From contig CAWHDT010000007.1 of NCBI GenBank assembly GCA_963828195.1, positions 96,001 through 160,000 on the forward strand: a stretch of DNA of 64,000 bases, in the 5' to 3' direction. This document shows positions 38,671-46,629 of the stretch, one piece after another; within the stretch, counting starts at the first letter, position 1; the number at the start of each line of letters is the position of its first letter. The notes beneath the pieces were generated by a model. That model saw only the letters and a list, made by a program, of their open reading frames with translations, did no database searches and was not told where the DNA came from. The translations under genes and the position numbers were made by a program. The DNA is from Candidatus Bathyarchaeota archaeon (GTDB taxonomy: Archaea > Thermoproteota > Bathyarchaeia > Bathyarchaeales > Bathycorpusculaceae).

Positions 38671-39606
38671 GTGCAAGTTATGAACGAAACCGTTCGAGTG
38701 ACAGCGGATAGGATAAAGAGGCTTGAAGTTCAAGGTGCTAGAAACGTTGCTATAGAAGCTATAAAAGCCATCCAGACGTTGGCGGAGCAGACAAAAACCC
38801 GAAACAAAACAGCTTTCTTAGGCGAGCTCAAAGAAGCCCAAGCCACGCTTTTTGCCTCAAGAGAAACCGAGCCCTTAATGAGAAATGCCGTCCGCTGGAT
38901 AATCACTCAGGTACAAGAAAGCAGCACGGAAAAGGTTGATGTCCTAAGCGAGATGGTTGCTTCAAACGTCGCATTGTTTTTGCAGAATCTTGAGGCTTCA
39001 AGGGAAACCGCTGCGGAAATAGGCGCCAACCGAATACGCGACGGCATGTTAGTTTTCACTCACTGCCACAGCTCGACAGTGACACGCATGATTGCCAAAG
39101 CCAAAGCTGACGGCAAAAGCTTCAGCGTCATCTGCACTGAAACCCGACCCGCTTTCCAAGGAAGAATAACCGCGAAGGAAATGGTTGGGCTTGGCGTTCA
39201 AACCATGTTCATCGTAGATTCCGCCGCGCGATCCTACATGGGCGATGTGGACCTTGTGGTGGTAGGTGCAGACGCCATCACATCGGAGGGCAACGTGGTT
39301 AACAAGATTGGAACCAGCAGCATAGCCGTCTTAGCCGACGAAGCCAGAAAACCCTTCTACGTCGTTTCGGAACTCCTCAAGTTCGACCCAGAAACCCTCA
39401 GCGGAACATACGAACGGATTGAACAGCGAAATCCCAGCGAGGTCTGGAGTGAAGCACCACAGAAACTGTCTGTGCGCAACCCCGCCTTCGACGTAACCCC
39501 CAACCGCTACATCCACGGCATAATCTGCGAAGAAGGCATAATCGCACCCCAATCAATAGTAGAAACGGTACATCGAAGCTACCCATGGGTACTTAAACAA
39601 ACTTAG
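38671..39606 (+). CDS. Ribose-1,5-bisphosphate isomerase (eIF-2B family)
   Basis: EVQGARNVA, SRETEP, THCHSSTV, TETRP, GADAI, NKIGT, NPAFDVTP; adjacent to RuBisCO. Confidence 0.9.
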   Translation: MQVMNETVRVTADRIKRLEVQGARNVAIEAIKAIQTLAEQTKTRNKTAFLGELKEAQATLFASRETEPLMRNAVRWIITQVQESSTEKVDVLSEMVASNVALFLQNLEASRETAAEIGANRIRDGMLVFTHCHSSTVTRMIAKAKADGKSFSVICTETRPAFQGRITAKEMVGLGVQTMFIVDSAARSYMGDVDLVVVGADAITSEGNVVNKIGTSSIAVLADEARKPFYVVSELLKFDPETLSGTYERIEQRNPSEVWSEAPQKLSVRNPAFDVTPNRYIHGIICEEGIIAPQSIVETVHRSYPWVLKQT

Positions 39607-40826
39607 GTTTTCCACTGCTCCAAGGCAACTTTCAATTCCCCGTGTGTTTTAGCGTACTCTTCCAAAGTTAGCCCTTTCAAGGTGGCGTCTACTGCTTGTC
39701 GCATTGCTTTTGCTCCTGCTACTGTTCCGTCTGGATGACCGTGTATTCCGCCGCCAGCTTGGATGACTACATCGTTCCCAAACGTCTCAAGTAAAGCGGG
39801 AACCAGTCTTGGGTGCAGTCCGCCTGATGCAACGGGCAAAACAGGCTTTAGGTCGCCCATTGGAGATTTGCAGGCGTCGATGTTTTCGAGGACTTCTGCT
39901 TTGGTTTCGCTCATTTTGCCGACGACGGTGCCCACGTGAAGTTGGTCTACGCCGATTATCCTTGCCACTGTTGCTATGGGGCGCATGGCTATGCCGTGCA
40001 GTTGGCTTTTGGTGAAGGCTGCGTGCCCTGCCCTGTGTGCATGTATGACGAGTTTGAAATTTTGATTTCTTAGAGTTTGCAGTGCTGACCAGCCAGTGGT
40101 TAAGATGTCCACCATGACGTATTCTCCGCCTTGAGCAATGACGGCTTCTGCCCGTCTGAGCATGAGGTTGGTTTCTGCGGTGACGTTTACCATGTAGACT
40201 TTGCGTTCACCCGTCTCCTCTTGTGCTTTGTCACGCTTGTCCAAAGTGTGGGCGAGTCGTTCTTCAAAAGGGTTGAAGGATTGGCTGCTGAGGTTTTCAT
40301 CGTCTTTCACGACGTCGCAGCCGCCGCTCCAAGCGTCATAAGCAACTTTGGCGTGGTCTTTGGTGTTTAATCCGAGTTTAGGCTTGATTATTGTGCCGAC
40401 AAGCGGGCGGGTTGGAACTTTTAGGAGGCTACGGATTCCCGCTATGCCGAAGGCTGGTCCTTTGAAGCTGTCCAACAGGTTTTTTGGGAACTTTATGTCG
40501 AGTAGGCGCAGGTTTTTGAGGGCTTTAAGCCCAAATACGTTTCCTGCGACGCTGCTTAGGATGTTGGGCATGTTGGCTGGCTCAAAGAGTTCGATGGGGT
40601 AGGCGATTTTGATTGTGTTGCCTTCTATGCTGTAGACGTGGGCTGCGAGCCGTTTGACGTAGGGTTTTTCGGTTGTGAGTTCTGTCCATGTGCCCACGGA
40701 GCTTTCCGCGGCGACGCCGCCTACGGCCTCTTTAAGGCTGATGCCCTCGGGCTCAAGGTAAAAAGCACAAACTAAATCGGTTTCTTTCGGCGCGTAAGTT
40801 AAATCCACAAAGTCAAGATACTTCAA
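39603..40826 (-). CDS. rbcL: Form III RuBisCO large subunit
   Basis: AAESSVGTW, GNVFG, GTIIKPKLGL, KDDENL, HAHRAGH, HVGTVVGKM, ASGGLHP, QAGGGIHGHP; catalytic residues intact. Confidence 0.95.
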   Translation of the reverse strand: MKYLDFVDLTYAPKETDLVCAFYLEPEGISLKEAVGGVAAESSVGTWTELTTEKPYVKRLAAHVYSIEGNTIKIAYPIELFEPANMPNILSSVAGNVFGLKALKNLRLLDIKFPKNLLDSFKGPAFGIAGIRSLLKVPTRPLVGTIIKPKLGLNTKDHAKVAYDAWSGGCDVVKDDENLSSQSFNPFEERLAHTLDKRDKAQEETGERKVYMVNVTAETNLMLRRAEAVIAQGGEYVMVDILTTGWSALQTLRNQNFKLVIHAHRAGHAAFTKSQLHGIAMRPIATVARIIGVDQLHVGTVVGKMSETKAEVLENIDACKSPMGDLKPVLPVASGGLHPRLVPALLETFGNDVVIQAGGGIHGHPDGTVAGAKAMRQAVDATLKGLTLEEYAKTHGELKVALEQWKT

Positions 40827-40970
40827 AGAGTTCCTCTCAGATAAAGTGAGAACTGGCTTTTCCTTAAAATCTTTAACCTATAATTCCAACGGTAAACCTC
40901 ATATTTTTTAACTGTAGAAACCTGAAATTTTAAGCAAAAAGCCGCGAAAATTTAAATCGTTGAGCAAGTC

Positions 40971-41549
40971 TTGCTTTACCAGAGGTTGACGAAAATTACG
41001 AACTTTTGGAAGGATATTCCAACGGGTGATAATCCGCCTGAGCTTTTGAACATGGTTATTGAAGTTGTAAGTGGCTCGCGGGATAAATACGAGTACGGCT
41101 TAAAATGGGAAGCCTTCGTACTGGATAGGATTATTCCCTCATCCGTGGTGTTTCCAGTGGAGTATGGGTTTGTCCCCCAAACATGGTTTGATGACAATGA
41201 CCCCTTAGATATTATGGTGCTCAGCTACGCACCCCTAAAGGTGGGTTGTATAGTTAAAGTTCGCGTCATAGGCGCCTTAATAATCGAAGACGAAGAAGGG
41301 CTGGACGCAAAGATTCTCTCGGTGTTAGTTAACGATGCCCGTTTCGAAGGTTACCATGATATAACCGATGTTCATAAGCACCGATTAATAGAGATTCAAG
41401 AATTCTTTGAAACTTACAAACGACTTGAACCCCACAAACATGTAAAGATCAGAGCGTGGAAAAACGCACAAGAATCCTGGGAAATCGTAAAATACGCAAT
41501 GGAAAAGTACCGTGAATTAAGTGAAAAGCCACCTGCAAAACACAAATAA
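40971..41549 (+). CDS. ppa: Family I inorganic pyrophosphatase (true start possibly ATT 40995)
   Basis: VIE..SGSRDKYE, LDR, PVEYGFVPQT..DDNDPLD, DEEGLDAKI, FFETYKRLE. Confidence 0.93.
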   Translation: MLYQRLTKITNFWKDIPTGDNPPELLNMVIEVVSGSRDKYEYGLKWEAFVLDRIIPSSVVFPVEYGFVPQTWFDDNDPLDIMVLSYAPLKVGCIVKVRVIGALIIEDEEGLDAKILSVLVNDARFEGYHDITDVHKHRLIEIQEFFETYKRLEPHKHVKIRAWKNAQESWEIVKYAMEKYRELSEKPPAKHK

Positions 41550-41732
41550 CCCTTAGATAACAGCTAAGGCAGCATTTAAGATGCCCCCAATCAGCCCGCC
41601 GCAACCATCACAAAGTCACGTTTGTTATGAATTTAAAATCTTTAACTGTTCATAGATTCACTCGCTTTATTGAGAGTGATTCAGACCAAAATCGCAAAAC
41701 TTAAAACTGGAGCAGATTAAACAGGACTAATT

Positions 41733-42134
41733 ATGGATAAGCAAATAAGCGCTCCGGGTTTGGTTCTTCTCGCCATCGGTTTTATGATATGGATAACATT
41801 GGTGATTGCGCCTAATTTTTGGGGTCTTTTCTTTTTTGATTCTTTTGTCTTGGCGGTTGGGCTTGCAATTTTAGGAGGCATTTTATTTGTCACAGGTGCG
41901 GATCGACCCGCAAACTCCACTCTAAACAAGAAAAGATTGACCGAAGGTTTTATTTTTGTTGCATTTAGCTATCCCATATTTTTCGTAATCGAAAGAAACA
42001 TCGGCAGTAACACTCCACCTTTTTTGGGTTGGACAATTTATATTCCGCTACTTCTGTTCGTCTTTGGATGTTTTCTGGTCTATTCTGCAAATACCAAGGT
42101 GCGTAATTCAAACAATAACTCTATTTTGGTATAA
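41733..42134 (+). CDS. Hypothetical four-TM membrane protein
   Basis: Four hydrophobic segments. Confidence 0.6.
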   Translation: MDKQISAPGLVLLAIGFMIWITLVIAPNFWGLFFFDSFVLAVGLAILGGILFVTGADRPANSTLNKKRLTEGFIFVAFSYPIFFVIERNIGSNTPPFLGWTIYIPLLLFVFGCFLVYSANTKVRNSNNNSILV

Positions 42135-42212
42135 AATACAAAGTGGTTTTCCCTTTGGATGGGTTAAACTCATTTTTCCTAAAATCTTTAACTATATGTG
42201 AAGATACCCACC

Positions 42213-42335
42213 TCAAAAGCCAGCAGAGGTCTGACCAACATCTTTGCTCTTTCTGATGAATTCAATTGATAGCGGTATTATTACTGCAAAAAGTGGCAGA
42301 ATTATCAAAGTTGGAAACTCTGGAAAAGGCAATAA
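42213..42335 (-). pseudogene. Orphan C-terminus of a PEF-CTERM-type surface protein
   Basis: Minus strand reads LLPFPEFPTLIILPLFAVIIPLSIEFIRKSKDVGQTSAGF*: PEF motif, TM and basic residues, with no gene body upstream. Confidence 0.6.
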
Positions 42336-42343
42336 ACCCCTAA

Positions 42344-42487
42344 AAGCATGGGAAAGTGTGCATTAGTGGTGTGCAATAAGCATGGGAAAGTGTGCAATAG
42401 CCGATTAACTGCTATTTGATGGTGTTATTGATGGTGTTATTCAGTATGGACGCATGGTGTTAATTGCACACTTGACATAACACCATG
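42344..42487. repeat. Iteron-like direct and inverted repeat cluster
   Basis: aagcatgggaaagtgtgca at 42344-42362 and 42378-42396; ttgatggtgtta tandem at 42416-42439; catggtgtta/taacaccatg inverted at 42453-42462 and 42478-42487. Confidence 0.8.
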
Positions 42488-42869
42488 AAAAAAACCGAGA
42501 TAACAGTGGTTTTTAGTGCTTTTTCGGTTTCAGGTTGTTAAATCGGTGTTTACATCTGCATACGGGTTTCTTGGGGTTGTTTTAGTTAATTTTTGGGCTT
42601 TTTCTCCATTGAAAAAGACGGTTAAAAGACGGTGAATTAAGGATGTAATTTTAAAACTCGGTGTAGATTATAAACTTGGTTTACAAACTAATATTACTTA
42701 ACCATAACCTTTGTTAACTGCTTAATGGGAAAATATGCCCGTTTTTAACTAAAATTCACCGTTTTGTTATTAATCGGTAAAAACATTATTGATTCTCAAT
42801 AACTTAGTAATTATAACATAATTTTATAGAAAAATTTGTAATTTTTACAATTAACCAAACAATTACCGC

Positions 42870-42960
42870 TATCCGCTTCTAAACCTTTTCAATGTAGGTG
42901 CTTAAGTGTAGAACAGCATAGGCGGTTAGGTGTAAGAGTGGAAAGGCTTAAAAGCAGATA
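42870..42960. promoter_or_regulatory. 22-bp imperfect inverted repeat; probable back-to-back BRE/TATA promoters
   Basis: tatccgcttctaaaccttttca (42870-42891) versus tggaaaggcttaaaagcagata (42939-42960), 18 of 22 positions complementary. Confidence 0.5.
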
Positions 42961-43086
42961 AGAACATTGTAGCAATCACGCCCAGCAAAGCATTTGAGGA
43001 TAGGGTTCCCGTCTACCACGCAAGGCGGGAGGCATTGGAAGTGAATTTTCCTTCTATGCCTTTATCGTAATTGTGAGGTGAATTGA

Positions 43087-43230
43087 TTGGCAAAAATAAA
43101 TCTTGTCGTTTCTGACGAATTAGAAAAACAATTCCGAGAAGCGGTTTTTAAAAAGTATGGGATGAAGCGAGGGAACATAACAAAAGCAACTGATGAAGCT
43201 CTCCGAGATTGGATAAAAAAGACTGCTTGA
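43087..43230 (+). CDS. Ribbon-helix-helix (CopG-like) DNA-binding protein, 47 aa
   Basis: Below the track cutoff: MAKINLVVSDELEKQFREAVFKKYGMKRGNITKATDEALRDWIKKTA; SD gaggtga 5 nt before TTG. Confidence 0.8.
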   Translation: MAKINLVVSDELEKQFREAVFKKYGMKRGNITKATDEALRDWIKKTA

Positions 43231-43254
43231 TTATTGCAGTTGACTATTTGACTT

Positions 43255-43437
43255 CTATGAGGCTTTCTGTCCTTTCTCTAAAATTACGTGACTATTGTCA
43301 GCCCACATAACAACAGTGTCGCCTTTCTTAAGGGTGAGATGTTCGGCTAATTCTTTCGGGATTGTAACCTTTAGGCTCTTACCGACCAACACAACGCTTA
43401 TTTTAAATTTCACGGGCATTTTTTCCAACCTTATCAC
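43255..43437 (-). CDS. AbrB/MazE/SpoVT-family DNA-binding protein
   Basis: VGKSLKVTIPKELAEHLTLKKGDTV. Confidence 0.85.
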   Translation of the reverse strand: MIRLEKMPVKFKISVVLVGKSLKVTIPKELAEHLTLKKGDTVVMWADNSHVILEKGQKAS

Positions 43438-43451
43438 CGAGTATACTCTAA

Positions 43452-43510
43452 AGATATTCTTAAATATAAGTATATCTTATTAATACTGCTAAGAATATCT
43501 CTAAGATATT
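43452..43510. promoter_or_regulatory. Operator-like inverted repeat between divergent regulators
   Basis: Perfect 11-bp inverted repeat agatattctta (43452-43462) / taagaatatct (43490-43500), plus a third agatatt at 43504. Confidence 0.55.
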
Positions 43511-43518
43511 ATAAGTGT

Positions 43519-43716
43519 GTGCGAGGAAACATGAATATGGAAACATCAAAAAAACCTCAATATATCCGCGTAAAAGCGGAAGCGTACAAAAGTCTTTTTG
43601 AGCAGTACCAACCTACCCTAAAAAAGATGGGAATTAATAGCCTTTCAAAATTAGTACGATGGTGCGCTAATGAAGGCAAACCCATAGTAGAAAAAAATCT
43701 AAAAGAACTCTGTTAG
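43519..43716 (+). CDS. Small RHH-like DNA-binding protein
   Basis: QYIRVKAEAYKSL...GINSLSKLVRW, beta-alpha-alpha pattern. Confidence 0.5.
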   Translation: MRGNMNMETSKKPQYIRVKAEAYKSLFEQYQPTLKKMGINSLSKLVRWCANEGKPIVEKNLKELC

Positions 43717-43727
43717 AAAGTGAAAAA

Positions 43728-43826
43728 ATGAGCAAAGAAATATTTGATGCAATTTTGAACAGTGACGACGGCGACTATATTTTTAAAGCCTTAGTTCTAA
43801 AAGGCATGAAGTCAGACGGTTGGTAA
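43728..43826 (+). CDS. Small hypothetical protein (32 aa)
   Basis: MSKEIFDAILNSDDGDYIFKALVLKGMKSDGW; packs tightly between neighbouring ORFs. Confidence 0.45.
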   Translation: MSKEIFDAILNSDDGDYIFKALVLKGMKSDGW

Positions 43827-44428
43827 GAATGAACAAGAAACTTTCAGCAATCGCAGTTTTAGCATGTATAGCCATAAGTGCGGGGATAGCGTCAGCCCAG
43901 CAATTAGGCGCTTTCAATCAGACAAACGTCGTTAACAGCAACCCGACCGACAACATAGACTTAAGCAATTCTACTTTAAATTTGAACATCAACGGCGAAA
44001 ACTTGACAATCAGCAATCAACAGACCCCAGCCCCAACAACAACCCCGACACCGACAGCCGACCCACCGCCAAACCCACAAATTACAGTAACCCTCCTTAA
44101 CGTAGGTGACAATGACACCACTTTCACTTATCAAGCAACAGTCAACGACCCTTCTTATTACGCCAACATGACGATTTTGGCGCAGAACTTAGCGACAGTT
44201 TTACCGCAAGACTTCTATCTTAATTACGGGCTTCAAGAAGGACAATTTTCACTTATCAACGGCAACGGCACGTTTACAGTGACTTTCTTTATCAATCCTA
44301 ACGGGGCATCTTCAAGCAATCCAAACATAACAGCATCGGGCTTTCCCGATGCTACCAGCGGTACAGGACAAGACTTTATTCTCAACGATTTAACATTTTA
44401 TTTCGGTCACAATGCTTATGGCTTGTAG
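43820..44428 (+). CDS. Secreted N/T/P-rich protein (element-encoded)
   Basis: Signal peptide MNKKLSAIAVLACIAISAGIASA, PT-rich linker, many sequons. Confidence 0.7.
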   Translation: MVRMNKKLSAIAVLACIAISAGIASAQQLGAFNQTNVVNSNPTDNIDLSNSTLNLNINGENLTISNQQTPAPTTTPTPTADPPPNPQITVTLLNVGDNDTTFTYQATVNDPSYYANMTILAQNLATVLPQDFYLNYGLQEGQFSLINGNGTFTVTFFINPNGASSSNPNITASGFPDATSGTGQDFILNDLTFYFGHNAYGL

Positions 44429-44584
44429 AAAAAACATATAACCAAAACAATCTCTCTTTCCCTTTTTAGAAAATATTTACTTACTTTTTCGCTACTTTTC
44501 CCCTTATTTTTGTGTGGAAAACGTATTTAAGCAGTGACTTTTAGCGTTTTCCGTAACTCTGACTCCTAAAAGGAGAAAACAAAA

Positions 44585-44641
44585 ATGCGTATATTGAGTT
44601 TTGTTTTGGAGCGCTCGGGGGAACTTGCATGGCAAGAATGA
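44585..44641 (+). CDS. Putative 18-aa leader peptide
   Basis: SD aggaga; MRILSFVLERSGELAWQE*; the stop overlaps ATG 44638 (ATGA). Confidence 0.4.
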   Translation: MRILSFVLERSGELAWQE

Positions 44642-44808
44642 ACCTGAAAAGGTTCGACCCCGACAATCCATTAACCCAAAAGCAGTATAGCCCAAAAATG
44701 ATAGAGCAACTTAAGCGGATGAAGGAAAAGCAAGAAGGCGGTCAAAGGTGGAAAAAACAACAACCGTGTTATGAGCATTGGTCTATCGACCATCGCAAAA
44801 CCGATTAG
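44629..44808 (+). CDS. Small basic hypothetical protein (59 aa)
   Basis: Manual ORF MARMNLKRFDPDNPLTQKQYSPKMIEQLKRMKEKQEGGQRWKKQQPCYEHWSIDHRKTD; its stop overlaps the convergent gene's stop. Confidence 0.55.
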   Translation: MARMNLKRFDPDNPLTQKQYSPKMIEQLKRMKEKQEGGQRWKKQQPCYEHWSIDHRKTD

Positions 44809-45539
44809 CCAAGAGATTGCTCTATACGCTCTAACAATAATTGAGGGTCAAGCGTTTCAACAACAGTCACCCTTTCCACTCCTTTAAAAATCTCCTTCCA
44901 AACGTTTCTAAGGTCGCTTTTAAGCAAATCAACTTCGCTCTGTGAGACCTCTTCCGAGCCAAATTTTGAAAGCACACGAACGGTGTTTTCCTTAAGTAAA
45001 CCATGTGCAAGCGCATAGCTGATTACATCGTCTCTCCACTGCTTCCAATCTGCCGATTTTGTTCTTTTTAGCTTTTCGCCTAAAAAAGAAAGTATGTTGT
45101 CTGAGCTTTCTTTCCCCTGTGTCATGTTATAAACCTCAACCTCGGGTTTCTTGCTTGTTGGATTCCAAGAGAAGGCATAATCCCAATAACTACTGTTGAG
45201 AATGAAATCGGCTATTTCAAATTTCTCAAGGTACTTTGTGCCGTCAGTTGTGGCTTTGTATTTATGAGTTATTATGTTATGTTGAATGAACCCTTGTTTA
45301 ATTCCTTCTTGAAGTGCACTGCTTATAGTGGGTTTACTTGCGAATGTATGATACGTTCCCGATGGGTAGGTTCCTTTTTTTCTCAGGAGCGATTGAGGTA
45401 AGAGCGCTCCATTGCCGTCTTTGACCTTTAAGCTAAATTCCTTGTCGATTTCCCCGCGTCTCAATCCTTCGGGTTCTGTTTTTAATATTTCCAAGACTCG
45501 TAAGAGGATGACTTTTTTAGCTTTTTCTTTGCTCTGCAT
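44805..45539 (-). CDS. Winged-helix DNA-binding protein
   Basis: RVLEILKTEPEGLRRGEI...SKPTISSALQEGIKQGFIQH...KYKATTDG. Confidence 0.6.
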   Translation of the reverse strand: MQSKEKAKKVILLRVLEILKTEPEGLRRGEIDKEFSLKVKDGNGALLPQSLLRKKGTYPSGTYHTFASKPTISSALQEGIKQGFIQHNIITHKYKATTDGTKYLEKFEIADFILNSSYWDYAFSWNPTSKKPEVEVYNMTQGKESSDNILSFLGEKLKRTKSADWKQWRDDVISYALAHGLLKENTVRVLSKFGSEEVSQSEVDLLKSDLRNVWKEIFKGVERVTVVETLDPQLLLERIEQSLG

Positions 45540-45625
45540 TTTGCGACACCAATTTTGCTTTACTTAGTAAGAATGGCTTTACATTTTTATACTTTACGCT
45601 ACCACATGCATATTGGCGATAAAAT

Positions 45626-46279
45626 ATGAGTAAAAAAGAACTTGAGAATAATAAAGAAAAAAACACCGTTGAACCTGTAGGGGAACAACGGTTACCATCA
45701 ACAAACAACCTGAAAAAAAGACACCTTGAAGGACTGACAAAAGAAGCAACAGCCAAAAACATACCTCGCATATCATTGATAGACGAAGCCCTTGATGATT
45801 TCCTGAGAAAAATTAACGACGTTGCAGATATAGACCAAATGGATGCTGAAACAAGAAATTACTGGATAGAGCGAGACCTTGCAATTGTAAAAGCAAGATT
45901 GCCAATCGAGAAATGCAAAACAATGAACGCATACAAAAAAGCCTATTTGTACAGGAAACTTAAAGATGCAATCGACCGAAAAAGAGTAGGTTCCGCACTT
46001 GGTTTAGCAAAAGAATGGGATGAATTAAACCTAATTGCAGAAATACTTGACAAAGCGGCGAACCGCAATAAAGACGACGCAATAGTCAATTATTCATTAC
46101 CAAAAATCGCTAACGAAATCCGCATAGAACTCTCACAAATTCAGATTGAATTTTTGGCTTTGGTATTGGGGCAGAAAGCAGTAGATGACGTAAGAGCGCG
46201 TGCAAAAGGCAAATTTCCCGACCTGAAGCTTGACGAAGAACAAGACGCGGATTTTCCAATTGATGGAGAAACCGAATAA
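45626..46279 (+). CDS. Hypothetical helical protein
   Basis: 217-aa ORF divergent from the wHTH gene; no motif recognised. Confidence 0.65.
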   Translation: MSKKELENNKEKNTVEPVGEQRLPSTNNLKKRHLEGLTKEATAKNIPRISLIDEALDDFLRKINDVADIDQMDAETRNYWIERDLAIVKARLPIEKCKTMNAYKKAYLYRKLKDAIDRKRVGSALGLAKEWDELNLIAEILDKAANRNKDDAIVNYSLPKIANEIRIELSQIQIEFLALVLGQKAVDDVRARAKGKFPDLKLDEEQDADFPIDGETE

Positions 46280-46305
46280 ACCAATTCTAAGGAGAAAAAA
46301 CCAAA

Positions 46306-46380
46306 ATGTCCGAAAAAACACAAAAAATCTTAGAAATCGCCGCTTTTCTCATAGTGGCGGTTTTAAGCCTAATCCTGTAG
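46306..46380 (+). CDS. Small hydrophobic peptide (24 aa)
   Basis: SD aggaga; MSEKTQKILEIAAFLIVAVLSLIL. Confidence 0.45.
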   Translation: MSEKTQKILEIAAFLIVAVLSLIL

Positions 46381-46393
46381 AAAACGCAACGCT

Positions 46394-46627
46394 GTGAATA
46401 TGATGTCAAAAGTATTGCCGCCAAAACTGAGCAAATCTATTACTGACAACATTCAAAAACAGATAGGAGAAAAGGCGTTCGCCTACATCAAAGCCAATAA
46501 AACAGTCGTTATTCTTGCGGTAGCTGTCATTTTAGCCTTAATCATACTTTGCTTGTTGATGAGCAAGCCACAGCCTAACCAAGAATTAGCGCCTTCTTTG
46601 GGAAAAGTCATCGCTCAGGCAAACTAA
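46394..46627 (+). CDS. Small single-TM protein
   Basis: VVILAVAVILALIILCLLM TM segment. Confidence 0.6.
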   Translation: MNMMSKVLPPKLSKSITDNIQKQIGEKAFAYIKANKTVVILAVAVILALIILCLLMSKPQPNQELAPSLGKVIAQAN

Positions 46628-46629
46628 AG

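Noticed and set aside
39603-40826. RuBisCO-like protein (form IV)
   Set aside because: KDDE, HRAGH, GKM and SGG motifs are intact, and R15P isomerase and AMP phosphorylase are present.
42344-42487. Mini CRISPR array
   Set aside because: Only two 19-bp copies separated by 15 bp, and no cas genes.
43255-43437. Toxin-antitoxin module
   Set aside because: No PIN, MazF or RelE toxin ORF lies next to the AbrB gene.
44615-44670. tRNA or tRNA-derived att site (ggttcgacccc resembles a T-loop)
   Set aside because: No T-stem pairing or cloverleaf; better explained as a three-way junction over coding sequence.
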